A DNA stretch of 62,587 bases, filler included, from Platydemus manokwari (Eukaryota), in assembly GCA_037951405.1 (NCBI GenBank). It is 5 parts of 5 records of this genome, joined end to end, with 100 filler letters (N's around TTAATTAATTAA, not from the genome) between each part and the next. Parts side by side here need not be neighbours in the genome. Positions count along the whole stretch, not along the records: positions 29,918 to 42,166 come from JBBMOY010228894.1; positions 42,267 to 53,402 come from JBBMOY010887754.1; 3 more parts are not named here. The stretch is one strand, 5' to 3'. The first letter of the stretch is position 1. Each line of letters begins with the position of its first letter. This document shows, in pieces, positions 37,101-52,126 of this stretch. Below the pieces are notes generated by a model. The model did no database searches. It saw only the letters and a list, made by a program, of their open reading frames with translations, and was not told the DNA's origin. The translations under genes were made by a program, and so were the position numbers.

Positions 37101-40100
37101 ACTCAAAATCACACAGAAAAATAAAGACAATTTTCAAATTACAGCATCTGAAAAATAAAAACCACAACAACGTTTAAGGACCATGAAACTCCATTTACTG
37201 CCCTCTAGATTCAACTTCCATTCGATTTTTTCTAAAGACTTATCTGAACATGCGCTCATAATGCCTGTGGATATCAACCCTCCGAGGTTTATTCCATGGT
37301 CTTCGTAGAAGTTTTGATCATTTTTTATCAGATACTCCATATTTGGAACAATATCCTAGAACAAGTATCCTAAATTTGAGCTATTATATTATACAGATTT
37401 GAACCCTAAACAAAGTCGGATCTTTCATAGAGTTTGATATTTCGAACAATACTTTATATTACTCTAAATTTTTAAGGAATTTCGTTCAATTGATTAGTTA
37501 CAATTCTATTGCTAATTGATCTGCATAACGAATCTCTTTTGTGTTGATTTTTTTTCATAAGCAAGACTCTTTTGTTTTCATATTTATTAACATTTCCCCA
37601 TGACAGCCTCAAAATAACAGATTGTCATTTTACTTGAAAAAATCAAAAATTTATTCTCCAAAAGCTGAAGAAAGAAAAAGTTATAATTCTGACTTATTCG
37701 AATAACAGGAACAATTAATTTTTTGGGATTTATATTGGGTACAATTGAATGATAACAACGAAGGATATTTAGGAGAAACTGCCGATACTCTTGGGGAAAA
37801 GAGTAAGCTGCTTATAGAAAATAAATATTTTATAAAACAATTAACTCATTGTTAATAAAATTATTAGTCAGAATGTTTTTATAAAATGTTCAATTGTTTT
37901 GTTTTTTAATTGAGTTGCATGAGTGAATAATTATCGATTGTGTTTGATTATTAATTTTGATAAATAATTGTTTAATGGACTTTGTTTCGTGCATTTGTGA
38001 TTTGGTTTAGAGTATTTCATGATTTTATTCCAATTTTATTTGTTTGTTATCGAAAGGCACGAACACAACGGTTTCAGGAATGAAGTCCAAGAGTCATTTC
38101 AGTATTGATTTAAATAAAGCCAGTCAAATCGAAATTTAAATTTAAAATCTTAAACTATAATGTTAATTACGACCAATACCCAGCTAAAAATATAGTGTTA
38201 CGATACCCATCAACATGAATAATGCACCAATGAAAACATAGCAAATTGAAATCATGAAGTAATTAAATTCAAAAAGTAAACACATCATTTAGAATAGTCA
38301 CATCAAATATTTAACAGTCTGAATACATTTAGAAGACCACTAATCTGTTATCCAGTTTACTATAAGCAACCGCTATGAAATACTTCAAATGTAAGATCGA
38401 TTTAAATAACTTTATTAATGAAAGAAAAAACAATGGAATGTCTTTAGGTAAAATCCACATTGTGTTACTCAGGGAAGTTGCTCTTTCATAAAACACATGA
38501 ATGGACAATAATAAGACCATTGAAACAAATTAAAATCAACGATAAATTTAAATTACTAAAACAATAATCTCTCACTAAAATTTGTTGGCTGATATAATCT
38601 ACGGATCAATAAAATAATGTTTCCCTCCTCTCCACAAAGAAAGCTTTATGTTTCGTTGACGTCGATGACGTGTTTCTCAGCCGAAGTTTTTTGGATGATT
38701 TTAAACCTATGGAATCCCACAATTTATATTAATGCCATTATTGAAGTGACATCTGCTTTCTCCGTTTTGGAACATTTTAATTTTAATTAAAAATTTTAAA
38801 AAATTAAAAATCGAGTTAATTTGTTTAAATAATTGCATTTAAATATAAATTGATGACGTGACTTTTCAGTTCGTTTTTAATGCGTGGTTTTGAAAGTAGC
38901 AGCGGCTTATAGTCCTGTTGATTTTCCTGTAACACAATCAACCGCTGATTTTTGTGTAAATTAATCAACCAATATCTTTATCATTTATGTTTTAATTGTC
39001 GATTTTTTAATATTTATTGATTTATTTTCATTACACATAACATCTCTATCGCTTCTTAATTTATCTTACAACAAAAATAAAACAAATATCAATTACCCGA
39101 ATTATCCAATCATAAATATGCATGATGCTAGCATCATTTTACAAAACCATATCACTGATAGCAATAAAGACAACATATAATGGGTAAAAGTAAAAACCAT
39201 AGAGATAAATTCTTATTGTCAGTTTTGGCCCTGCATGTCCTGAGACCCTCAGCGAAAATTAGCTAATAACATGTATTAGTCGTAGCACTGACCATAAAAT
39301 AATAACCACAAAAGATATAAGCATAATATTATTTATGTTTATAATATAATATGTCCTTTCTCACTCCTATACCAGTGAACAAGTATGATCTCATTTTTTG
39401 TCTTTCACCGGTATACCGGTGCTAATGATTCACATTGTTAATTTATTAGAATTTCATTGGGTTTTTTGATTATATTTGGATTGATGAATTCTTTTATTGA
39501 TAAGTTTGAGAAGATTGGATGTAAATGAGTGTGACAAGATTTGATATTACAATTTGATGGCTTGATTGTGTATTACATGTGAGTCAGAATCAAAATCAAT
39601 TAATATGTCATCTATAACCATGGAAAAGTTTACAATATTTTCAGTTGTTTCACCCGGATAAACTTAATAAAAATATATAATTATATTATCTAATAATCTA
39701 TAGTTATATATTATTAGTAAATAATTAAACTATGTTGTATATCATGAATAAAGCTTGTTTATTTTCTGTTTATTTTATAATAATATCAAACGACTCTTAA
39801 TAATGAAGTTTAAATCAAAGTCAAAAATAATAAAATGTGAAATATTTTGTAAGAATGATGGTCTGTATCACAAATTACTCTCAACAAAATCGTGATCGAA
39901 AGTTCAAAAGCTTAGGGGCGAATAATATCGATAATATTTTGGAAAGAAAAATCCCATAGAAAACGAATAATCTTCGAAAAAGAAATATTTGGTAAATTAA
40001 TTTTTATTTAATACACACCATAATTTATTAGTCAAAAGGATCGTTCCCTTGGAATTACAAATCAACATAAAAACAAACTCAATATTTATAAAATCATTGA

Positions 40101-41382
40101 TGAGCATCGTATGTTCTTACTTTACCGGCAAGATAAACTATTTCGATTTGTTTTAAATAGATATTGTGCGAATTAATTTAGTGTGGAAGTTATTGCAAAT
40201 TTAATAATCGATTCAAATCAATAATTATTAACTCAGTTATGTATCTCCATTTGATAAATTTGAATATAATAATTGTGTTAAACATTTAAAGGAACTCACG
40301 CTTTTGAGTTGTAAAAACATCACATGTTATATTCACAACCCGACACTTGGAACATGATCAACATACGGTCACACAACTGTGCTATGCAAATTACATTTTA
40401 AATCAAAGTGGTACATACAAGGGCAAGTTCTTTGCATTTGGGGTTTCACTGCAGATACAGCCGATAAAGACAGTGTAAAAGATGTTGTCAATAATCAAAT
40501 AATTCAAATTACACAGAGATGCTTTGATGAATCAGAAGAATCATTCTGAAACATTACAATAGCGACATGGAAAAATTATCAGATGATAATTAATGAGGTC
40601 CGGTTATTTGTGAAAAAATGAAATGTGAAATTATCGTCAAATATTAGTAATTTTGAAAAGATTTTTAAATTATTTTAAAATACAAATTATTAATTAAAAA
40701 AGTTGTTTTTTAAAATAATTTCTAATTATTTTTGAAAACAGTGGTAATTTTGAAAAATATTTATAAATATATTTGCTTAAAGAATAATGATATAAAGAAT
40801 AATTATCAAAAATGAGTCTTCGCTTAAAAACTACTTTTGCAGAAGTTGTGTTGAGGAAAGCCTAATTAATTTCTTTTCACAAATAATTCGCTTTTTTATT
40901 TTATTTTTCATAAATAATTTCCATATTAATTACATCATGAATATTTTTCGTATTGTGTAATGCTCGGCACGCACAGATCTATCATTTACATCATTCCGAG
41001 TTTTGTGATGTAAATTTGATGAGACTTATTTTATAATATTCAATATCTTAAATGTTATTTGTTGTGTTGGATTTCTATATTATTGATTTGTTCTAATATA
41101 TAATATAATGAACAATGTCAATTCAAACTCGCTATACAAGCAACCTGTAATTTTAATAATTATAACTTTTATTATGAAAATAATTGATTAAAATTGTATT
41201 GGTATTCATAGATTTTTTCGATCAGTATGATAATCAAAAAAGCCTATTTTCCAAATAAATAACAATATTAAATTCTATCAAACGTGTTTCTACTTCATTT
41301 CTAATGAGTTCTGTTACTGAGGATTCGGACGAATCGGGCGTCATCAAAGGAATCTGTGTTTTTCTGCCGATATTGTATTTAA

Positions 41383-41537
41383 NNNNNNNNNNNNNNNNNN
41401 NNNNNNNNNNNNNNNNNNNNNNNNNNNNNNNNNNNNNNNNNNNNNNNNNNNNNNNNNNNNNNNNNNNNNNNNNNNNNNNNNNNNNNNNNNNNNNNNNNNN
41501 NNNNNNNNNNNNNNNNNNNNNNNNNNNNNNNNNNNNN
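41383..41537. other. Intra-scaffold assembly gap next to a 51-bp tandem repeat
   Basis: N run without linker. TAAAACCAG...CAT.TTG.AAC repeats at 41539 and 41590. Confidence 0.8.
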
Positions 41538-42166
41538 ATAAAACCAGATGTACATCTTGGAACCTCTGTTTTTGCACTTTTAGCACTGTTAAAACCAGGA
41601 GTTCATTTTGTAACTCTAAAATGGCATATAGAAAGTTCGATTGAACGATATGGGATAAAGAAGTTCTTTCATTCAGAGCATGATATTTAATCTGGAAATA
41701 CAAAACTGATCGCCCAAAAAGGGTGGTTTGCATATACAATAATGAATATATCCAAAATGAGAATTAAATATAAGATTTGGATCTCTGTTGAGGAAAAATG
41801 TCAAACAATTGGAGAGAAAAGTTAGATATTATTTTGAATATTTGTTAGAATCTTCAAAACTCTTGTTTTATTGAACAAGATTAATAATTTGACATTTATT
41901 GTAGGAAACTACAAAATTTCTTGTCATATTTCTCATGACAAGTGTTTAATTTAATAAGCTATTATTTTATAGATTTTGTACTGTGAATTAATGTTATCAA
42001 TGTTGAACTTATAATATTCAATAAAAATAATCATTAATTATGTTTTACAAGTATTATTATTAACTAAATTTGATTATTATCAATTATATATTGATTGGGA
42101 CCGAATTTAAAGGTATAAAGAAAGACTTTTTAATTTCTATTAAATTTGAAATTATCGATATTTAGT

Positions 42167-42266
42167 NNNNNNNNNNNNNNNNNNNNNNNNNNNNNNNNNN
42201 NNNNNNNNNNTTAATTAATTAANNNNNNNNNNNNNNNNNNNNNNNNNNNNNNNNNNNNNNNNNNNN
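42167..42266. other. Artificial contig linker
   Basis: N44-TTAATTAATTAA-N44. Confidence 0.97.
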
Positions 42267-42512
42267 GATGCAGAATGCACTCTCCGGAATACGTTTCACT
42301 TCAGTCCAAGGCATCAAAAAGTGGCTCGATTCGTTCTTTGATTGAAAAGATGACCGGTTTTTTTGGGATGGCATCCACAAATCTTATCCGAAAGATGGGG
42401 GAAATGTTGTAACTTCCGATGGAAATTACTTTGGATAACAGAATTGTACAGGATTTTCTTGTAGAACTCAATTGTTCTAAAAAAATTCCGGTTTTTAAGT
42501 TATAGACCCAAT
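42267..42512 (+). mobile_element. 3' end of a defective mariner element (Mos1-like transposase C-terminus and TIR)
   Basis: MQNALSGIRFTSVQGIKKWLDSFFD*KDDRFFWDGIHK...VVTSDGNYFG* ending at 42438. Ends in ...AGACCCAA-TA. Confidence 0.88.
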
Positions 42513-43213
42513 AATGATAATAATAATAATGAAAATAATAATAATAATAACAGCAATAATAATATGATAATATTATAAAAATGACAAATAAATAACAAGA
42601 ATTTATATAGTTATCTATACTTACCAGGATTATCTGGCCTACTTGCAGTGGAGGGAGAACGAGCGGAGATTTTCAAGTAAATAAGTATAAATAGTTAAAA
42701 ATACATGATATCAAAGAATAATACAACGTTATCAAAAATTAAATTTTTCGTTTTTATTTTAATGCTTAACTTTTCGTTTTCAAACATAAAATTTTACTAT
42801 TATCGATAACAGTATGATAAAATGATTAATATTCGTTTATTGCATTCAGGCAGAAGGAAATGTTGATTAAATCGTGATAATCAGTGGGAATAATCTTTTA
42901 CTCAAAAATTCAAACGTCATAAAATTAAAATTTCATATTAATTTGGTAGGAAGAAAATCTTTAGATTTATCCACCAATAGTATCATCACCATACGTGCTA
43001 TCGAATCCACCAAGAACCAGTAAATTTCCATGAAATCATCAAAACAGACTTTTTAAAAATGTTAATAAATAAAGTAAGTAGGAAGTGGCATTGTTGAGAA
43101 ATAATTAGATAGCTAAGATAAATAATAGAAATATATTTGTCTTTAATAACTAATCCGATTACAATAAATATTATAAAAATTTTAATAGAACAATAGAATC
43201 GGAATAATTGTAC

Positions 43214-46200
43214 CTTCTTCGATTTAAGATTTTCTTCAAGAAATTCCTTCACAGTTTTGTTTCTGAGTTCTTCAATATTGGCTAATTTGGGGCTACCATT
43301 AATAAGTGGCATTTGAGTTGCTTTCGTGAGACAATATGAGCCTTCAAATATTTGAATCGGAATCCATGCCTGTGGAAATAAGTCGATTTAACACGATAAA
43401 TCTATTTATCTTCTTACTTCGTTTTCCAATGAAAACTTGAAATCATCGTCGACAATTTGGATACTCATTTCATGTAAATGAAGGATTGCGATTAAATTCT
43501 TGTCGTATTTCCTTTTCCTGTAGGTCTAAAATGATTAAAAGAATAAAATTGATTTCGAATTTATCTCATATTTTCGGAAACTTCAATTAAACTACAACTA
43601 ATACCAAAATATTTTTTATCAAGTTTTTATATCAAAATAATTATTCAATATTTAGCTTAACTGCAGCTGTAAAATGTTTCCTTATACTTTTTGAAGCTCT
43701 TAGAAATCTCTCTTCAAATACTCCTTGATTTTCATTTAATATTACTAAAATTAAAATAGCGCCAAGGTTCCTCGTATAAATTATTAATTATATTTATAAC
43801 TTAATAACAATTTGACCAATAAATGATGAATAAAAATAAATATTAAACACATACCTTCCATCCATTTCTCCACACGGGTGCTGATGGGCAACTATTCAAG
43901 TCTAAATGAGACACAAAAAATGGTCTGTCGAAAGCAATTAAAGGTTTTTTCTGAAAGCAATAAAATCGCATTAACCTATGATAATAATAATTAAATTATA
44001 TGTATAATGTATGAATCTCAACAACATAAGTTATTTAACCAAGGAATTGAAAAGGATTTACAATTAATCATTTTTCAAAGAGAACAAAAATATGAAAAAT
44101 ACTGAACCAAATTAAAGTCTTAAAATTGTGAAAGAAAATTCCATAAATCCATGTTATATGAGATATCTAATAATTGAATACATAAATTATACACACGACT
44201 GCAGTGATAATTAGAATATTAGTTAACTTCGACACCAATAAAATGAAATTCAAATAATATAAAAGTAGATTCAGATAATATCATCTTACTTAATACAATC
44301 ATAATAGAAAATCCATTCACCACTTAGTATAGATCGGTAGTAATTCATTTATTTAATTACAAACACTGCACTAACTCCAACTTAAAAATGCAATGGCTTA
44401 TTCAATTTTTAATTCACTATAAATAATAAGCATTTTAATCGTAAATAAAAATTAATAGCAATCAATGTATATAAGTAAAAGTAAAACAATATGTTCATCA
44501 AGAAGGAAATCGAAATAATTGAGAGAAATAATTAAGATGAGAGATAATTTATTCATAGTGCAGGATTACAATTTACTATTAAATAAGTTTGGAATAAATT
44601 TTCTCATATTTATATGGCCGAATAAATTATATTAATAATCATTTTATCGATTTCCCAAAATGAGAATTACCAAATATAAAGTTCCTGGTGGATAAAGCGA
44701 TATGTGTGCCATAGGATATCCACTCCACGGAATGTTCATGCATCCGTCAATAGCGATCTAAAATAAATATAATCAGCTGAAATCTTTGATAACAAATTAT
44801 GATAACAGTTTATAAAGGATGTAGTTGCGTCATAATTAGTTAGGATAACAATTTTATATACGTTTTATATTTCTACTATTTATTATCTTGAAGTAATCCC
44901 ACGCACTTGATTCTTCAAATAAAAATATAAAATGAATCAAGCAGTCTCATGTCGGGGAACATCTTCAATATATTATCAAAAATTACTGAATTAATAAATC
45001 GACTATCAGAGTAATTTAGAAGAATAGAAAAGATGATAATAAATGGAACAGAATTTAAAAAATGGTTATATTCTAGCAGATTTACAAAATTTATTGAGAA
45101 GGGAATCTGTCCAGGGGATTTTCTAACGAGTTTTATCAATCATATTCACAAAGTATTCCAAAACACTAAACTAAACTATGATATTAAAACAGCGAATGAA
45201 GAATATGAAAGGAAGAGAACATTGTAGAATCATCAACTCTTAAATACGATGAGACTTAAAGATAGAAAAAGATGCATAGCAAAACGCACATTGCTATATT
45301 TAGGAAACCACGAGTGTTTATAAAGATAATATAATGAAATATGGACATTTTATTCAGTTATGAAAATCCTAGTTGTTGGCAGAAAATATGGTTTGAATTT
45401 GATAAAAGAAATTAATTTTTTAAATAACATACTTTAAAAAATGAGGTCATAGTGTCATGAAACTAACATAAAAGATTTTGAATAATATATAAAATGATAT
45501 TATCGAGATACTTTTTATACTCATTTTATAATGTCATTTCAACTTGTTTATCTTCAAAACAATGAATCGAAATTACAAAGAGGACGTTTTCATGAACTAT
45601 GGTTCGAAAAGGCCTGCGAGAATACATGTAAAATAAAATAGGCGTTTATTTAAAGTATCTTTAATAAATAAATTCTGTTTTTTTGAGTTTTTTAATAATT
45701 ATGGGAGATATTATTAAGTAATAGAAGCATTTTTTTTTACCATTCCGACGAGGTGTCTTGAGTTATATATATAATGTTAACAGATATGATATTATGTTAA
45801 ACATTGTCAAAAAGCTGGGTGTCATACCCTTAGTGTTTTAAGTATATATAGTTAATAATTAGATGATATCAAAATTAATTACAAATCATTTTACCAAAAC
45901 ACGTGCTCCTAAGTATTTATTTTTGATGTGAAAAATAGAAATTTATAGAATATTTTTATCAATCAAATCAGGAGAATTTAGGTTTTACCTTGAAGCCACA
46001 CGATGGAACGTATTGGGCTATGTGATTCATATTGAAGGAAATGGGAACAAATTTATCAAATAGTTTCATCAAATTCGTTTCTTCCAAAATGCCTCCAAAC
46101 AAACCGTTTTCTTTCAATTTATCACTCCATTTTGAGTTGATAAGGTCTCGAAGTAATAATTTAGGTCGATTAATATGTTCTATCATGATCTGTCGTTCAC

Positions 46201-49200
46201 CATCGGTTGGTTTACATTTCATCGAATAGTAATAACCATCTTCATACCTCGGTGCAGGAATAACCAGACCAATATTTTCATGCTGATCCATCGGTATTTC
46301 TTGAAGCTGAGAAAAATCTCCAAATAAAATGTATCATTAAAAAAACAAGAATATTCGATTACTGTTTAACTTTAAAAGCTTTATATTGATCGAAAACTTA
46401 TTAAAAATGCACATTAATTATATTTAAATATTTTAAAAATTTGAAATTGTTGATAAAATTATGAATTACCACGTTTTCCTGAAATCGTAATGTTATTTGG
46501 TATTCCAATAATGTTTAGGATCTATAAACACGGTGACCCAAATTCATTATATGGTTGGTGTTTGAGTGACCAAATAATCATTATGTTTAAGCGTACAAAA
46601 GTATTTGTATGAACTTGTATTCTCCTGTATATATAAACTCATTGTAAATCTTAAATCCAACATTTACCATGTTGATGCTCTATAAATTTAAAGCAAACAA
46701 ATATACTTTTATGACAATTCTTGAACTGTTAGAATTCAACATAATAATAATAATTATTATTATTATAACACAAAATAATTATGATAAATGAGCCCAATAA
46801 TTACTGACAAAATGGATGGCAAATAACTAACAGAGCCTATTGGAAAATAATCACTCATAATAGAAAATCCATTAGCTAATAAATCAAAAAGAAAAATCCT
46901 TTCAGAATAAAAATGATAATAATAATCTATAATAATTTACACAAAAAATAATTCCATTCAAAACCCCAATGAATTCCAATATCCCCGAACAAAAACATAA
47001 TAAAATTAAATTAGAAGAGAAATAATTAGAAAAATTAGAAATAATTGATAATTTCAATGGGGAATTCCAAATTATATAAATACGCCAACAGCTTTAGAGC
47101 AAAGACACAATTGAAACCATTAGTCCATTTTGCGATGTGTATACCTAAGCTCATTCTTGTAATCGATTTTACCCCAATGTCACGAAGGCACTCATAAATC
47201 ATAACTGTTCAAGAATTTCCATTGGTATATTAGTGTTAATTATCGGTGTTAATTAGTTATCGGTGCCAGTTTGTTAAAATAATAAACATATTAATAAAGT
47301 AGCCAAAGTTCTGATTATCAGCCATTATAGACTTAAGGATCATAGTTTATTTGTTATAAAATCACTTCATTGTCATTCGTTATCATTATTAAATTAAAAT
47401 TTAAAATAATAAATAAAAAAGTACTACGACATTTTCTTTGTCTTCAAAGAAGATAGTGCACAATTGAGGCGAAACAAGAACAAATAAAATTAAGAGTTAA
47501 TACATCCTGATGGTCAACAGAACTCACGAGATTGATTAGACGTAATAAGTGTAACCTCAAGAAAAGTTCGATAAAAAAGCTAATAAAAACCAATAAGACC
47601 ACGAACATAACAATATTATCACATTTCAAAATAGAATGATCCCGTGATAAGTGGGAATCTAAAAAATTCATAAAGATAAGAAAATTTAAAAGTAAATAAA
47701 CGAATAAAAATGTTTACCAATATTAGAAAATTCTCTGCATAACTAACGAATTGTTATAAATCGAATATAATCATTATAATTGTTATAATAACAATCTTCA
47801 TTAATATTTATCGATATTAAAAATAGGCTTCTTATTATTTATAACTAAATTGAGGAGATCTGTGATATAATGTGTTTGAGTGTGTTGATGAAACACTTCT
47901 GATGACAAAATAGTTAATATTTATATATTTGTCTGACAAACCGAAGGCCAAGAAAGTAATAGATTGTATATAATTTGAAAATAGAAATTACATTTAGAAT
48001 TTTGCCATTAGGAATTTTGAGTGCTTTATACATTCTAATCAATAATGAAGCACCAGAAATGTGCGGTATTCTGTTTGTTTCAAACCATGATTCAGTAAAA
48101 GGAAATCGATTCTGGTCAGGTCCAGTGGAATAAATTCGTAATTGGTGACCACCATCGTTTAAAGATGTCTGGAATAAGAACAATTGCATGTCAATTCAAA
48201 TGTCCTTAAAACATACCAAAACACCCAAATTATCATAACTTGGTTGTTGAATTGTTCCCGTTTCAACGAACAAATTAATGGCTGCAAAACCAAGAATAAC
48301 TACATTTTTTTCTTCCCGATCAAACATTAAAAGCTGAAATGAAAGATAATTGTCACAGATTATTGTTTAACTTATAATTCATTATATAATTGATAAAATC
48401 ATACATCATACAAAACAAATAAAATATCTTGAAATACCCACTATAAAAACATATTCAAAAATGACCATAACAAATTATGATAACCTATACAATTCTCAGT
48501 GCCTTGTTATAACGCATTAATATTCCACAAAATTGTAAATAATATCTTAATAATAATTTTGTTATTTCACCAAAACTTATTAAATTTACATTAAATTTTG
48601 TGGTCGCTTTGTGTACTCATTATTGCAATTATTAGTTATTTTCCCACTATTTATTATTTGGATTATCTCACATCTTCACAGAAGACTCTTTCACCCGTCA
48701 GTTTTGCATGAGCAATCGTTATTATTAATCTTATTATTATCAAGAAGTTTAGAAAAACGCAGGGAAAATTCAAAAGCATTTCAATGTCCAAAGAGAAATT
48801 TATTTAAAAAATATCTGGCTGTTTTCGAATAATATGATACTTTTTTGGGTTTGAACAACTTTTCTCAATAATATTATTTTAGATTTTTAACTAGATTTTT
48901 TTATCATTTACAAAACCGATTCAATAATCGGCATTTTATCACGAGTATGTTCAAACCAATATGAATACATAATGTTAAAAATTCGTATATATAAATATAG
49001 ATATAAAAGGAAATGTGATAATAAATTAATATTACTTTCAACAACAATGTCGATGATGGGGATAAATGAGGTTCTCTAATTTCAATTCTTTTGTTAAATA
49101 CTGGATTGTAGATATCTGATGATGGTAAAGTAATGGCAGAAAACTTTGGGCCTTGAGATATGAGATCTCTGTTCACAATTTCCCCTTCAACTTTTACAAT

Positions 49201-49311
49201 CGTTGAACTATCAGGAAACAAACGACCCGAATCGATATATAAATCTATGCCGTCATCTTGATAATATGGTAATAATAATGGTTCTGTTCGATCAATCGCT
49301 ATCCATATTTT
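43214..49311 (-). CDS. Partial multi-exon gene for an uncharacterised protein with two C2-like (CCDC17/ciliary-type) repeats; exons 49311-49036, 48333-48217, 48168-47992, 46306-45989, 44757-44671, 43950-43855, 43525-43418, 43369-43214
   Basis: Eight stop-free exons with canonical phase-0 splice sites. Internal repeat PYYQDDGIDLYIDSGRLFP / QYVPSCGFKIAIDGCMNIP and GFAAINLF..GGHQLRIY / AWIPIQIF..KATQMPL. Start and stop not found; the domain call is an inference. Confidence 0.75.
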
Positions 49312-49597
49312 CTGAAAAGAGAAAGACTTTTCAATGAAAGATTATTTCGAAAACGTTTGATCTACGAGTTATTGGACGTCGATATAAATATATGGCAATA
49401 ACAAATGAATTTAATAAAATTTATGCAGGTCATTTAATTAAAAAAACACGGATAACTAACTTATACAACTAGAATAGGTAAAATAGAAAAGGTGCCCTTC
49501 AAGAAAAGATGTGGTAATAAAACAGTTAAATAATATTGAAAATCAATTTGTTTAAATATTCGGAACAACGTGGTTTTTCAAATTTTAATAAATTTTT

Positions 49598-52126
49598 GTG
49601 ATGGAATTAAATGACGTTTTTACTGGTGATCACACCGAAATAAATGCTCTTATGAGAGCCAACCGAGAAGAGAGGCAGAAAATTTTTGCGAATCTGCCAC
49701 AAAAAACGCAGGAGTTATTAATTCCGAAACCATCATTCTTCGATGGATCAATCCAAGACGCTGAGAAAGGTTCCAAACAACCAAAGATTTTGCGAACTTT
49801 AATCAAATGGAACTATCATTTACTTTTGACATTATTTTGGGAGATGACGCCAAACAGCTGTGGCAAGAATTCGGCAGTTTCAAAGAGGCTGTTTTAAATG
49901 AAGAAATTGAGAAATGGTTTTAAAAACCTTTTAATATGCCAAAACAGTGTATGATAAGGTTCAAGATTTGGCAGCAATGCAACAAAGACCAGCTGAAAAA
50001 TATCGCAATTTTGAACTTCGGGTAAAGAAGCTAGTTTCGGAAGTGTTTGACAAGAAAAACACTCTTGCAGAAATTTCAAGACTATTTATTCTTCAAGGTC
50101 TAAATAGCAAGAAGTTGAAAGAGTCATTTACTCTCAACCCTGCGAAATCCTAGTAAAGGAGATCATTGTAGTAAAAGATATATCACCAGCATTTATCGGA
50201 GGAGTTGATATGATGAAGACCTGTGGAATATTTCTTGCAGTGATAAAATCAATTGATGCTAAGGATGTGGGAAAGAAATACAGCGACCAAGACAGAATCG
50301 AAATAGCACTGAAGAATATTGCTGATAAGAACGATATTTCAATGAAAATGTGTATAAAAGAAAATGGTTCAATTTTTATGGCTTCTCGGTTCGATTTGAG
50401 ACTAACAGATTTGGTGAAGCACGAGATCCGTACAAAGTTGGAATCTATTGCTCAAAATCCCAGAAGGCAGCCAATACATCTAGAAAACAAAATTGATAAG
50501 TTGATAGAAAATCTTCTGGAAAGTAATGTGATAACAACTTGCAAGAGCCCTTGGAACTCTCCTTTGGTCGTGGTTCCTAAGAAAGATGGATCGATCAGGA
50601 TGTGTTTAGACTTCAGAAAAATTAAACGAACAAACGGAGTTTTCTTTTCCGGTACCTGACATTCAAACGTTATTGGACTCAGTGTATGAAGCGACAATAT
50701 TCTCCGCGATAGATTTAGGCCAAGCATATTATCAGGTTGAACTTGAGGAAGATTCGAAAATGAAAACGGCTTTCAGCACTAGAGCTGGGCAGTTTTGTTT
50801 TAATAGACTACTTTTTGGATTATGTACCGCGCCAGCAACGTTTCAGAGTTTAATGAATACTACATTCAAGGACTTGATTTACAAAGGTGCTCTTGTTTAT
50901 CTTGACGATTTTTAGTATATGGAAGAGCGGTAGAGGAACACAATGAAAAACTTGAAAAGGTATTCAGGTTGATTAAATCATCAGGTTTAAAAATCAATCC
51001 CGAGAAATGCACTTTTAACACAAGAAAATTGTATTTCCTGGGTCATACGGTCAGCGCAGAAGGTATAGAAACTAATGACGACAAAGTAAAGAAAATTAAG
51101 GAAACAATTAAACCTGGTCGCATCATTCAGTTGAGGTCGTTCCTAGGATTATGGAATTATTACAGAAGGTTTATCAAAGATTAAGCATTAAATACGGCTC
51201 CGTTATATTCCATGATGACTGGAAGTGACAAGAAATTGGAGTGGAGTAAAGAGTGTGAGGAAAGTTTTGGAAACCTGAAATTGGTCGATTATAATCAAAA
51301 AATTTACTTCGACAAGATGAAACAAGTATTTCGAGGGCTATCTTCGATAAATGGATCTATAGGTATGGTGCACCAAAATCAATGTTCACTGATCGGGGTA
51401 GAGTCTTTGAAGGAAGGGAAATGAAAGAATTAGCAACACGATTTGGAATAGAACAAGAATTTATCTCCCCATATCAACATCAGGCAAATGGCTTAACCGA
51501 AAGGATGATTAGGACGGTCCGAGACATGGTGCTAACAAAGATGGCATCAGAGAAACAGGCTTGGGATAAATTAATACCGCGGATAGAATTCATCGTCAAT
51601 GCAACATATCAAAGTTCAATTCAACATTCGCCTTTTAAGATATTGTTTGGACAAAGAATTAATATGCATGGGTTACGACTAAATGAACCAAGCCATCACG
51701 ACCAGATCATCAAAGAAACAAAAAACCAGCCAAAATCAGCAGCCACAAACATAAAGAAATTCGATGCTGGGAAAAGAGGTTGCAGATTTTTCACAGTTGG
51801 AGAAGAAGTTTTATTGAAGAAAGAACCACATAGGATAAAGAAGAACGGAGAGCGATATGAAGATTCTAACAGAATTTTGAAATTTTTAACTCGACATCAA
51901 GTTCTTTTTGATTTTCAGGGGCAGCCAAAACCTAGAAGAATTGAGTGGCTAAAAAGAATCTCAAAATCAATGGGAGAGGGAAGTTAGATAAAAAATGAGA
52001 TTTTTTTAAATATTAGAAAAACAAACGGTGTAATTTTGAAATAGAATAAAACATTTATGGAAACGAGTTGTCTTCTTACTATAATAATTTAAATTATTTT
52101 GTTACATTAATAAAACTATTTACACA
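49598..52126 (+). mobile_element. Degenerate, internally deleted Ty3/gypsy retrotransposon (gag, RT, partial integrase)
   Basis: SPWNSPLVVVPKKDGSIRMCLDFRK, IDLGQAYYQV, YLDD, FLGLWNYYRRFI, TDRGRVF, SPYQHQANGLTER. Many stops and frameshifts; protease and RNase H not seen. PPT GGGAGAGGGAAG at 51972-51983. Confidence 0.92.

Noticed and set aside
35200-37360. Scattered exon-like, hydrophobic minus-strand fragments
   Set aside because: Could not assemble a phase-consistent gene or recognise a family.
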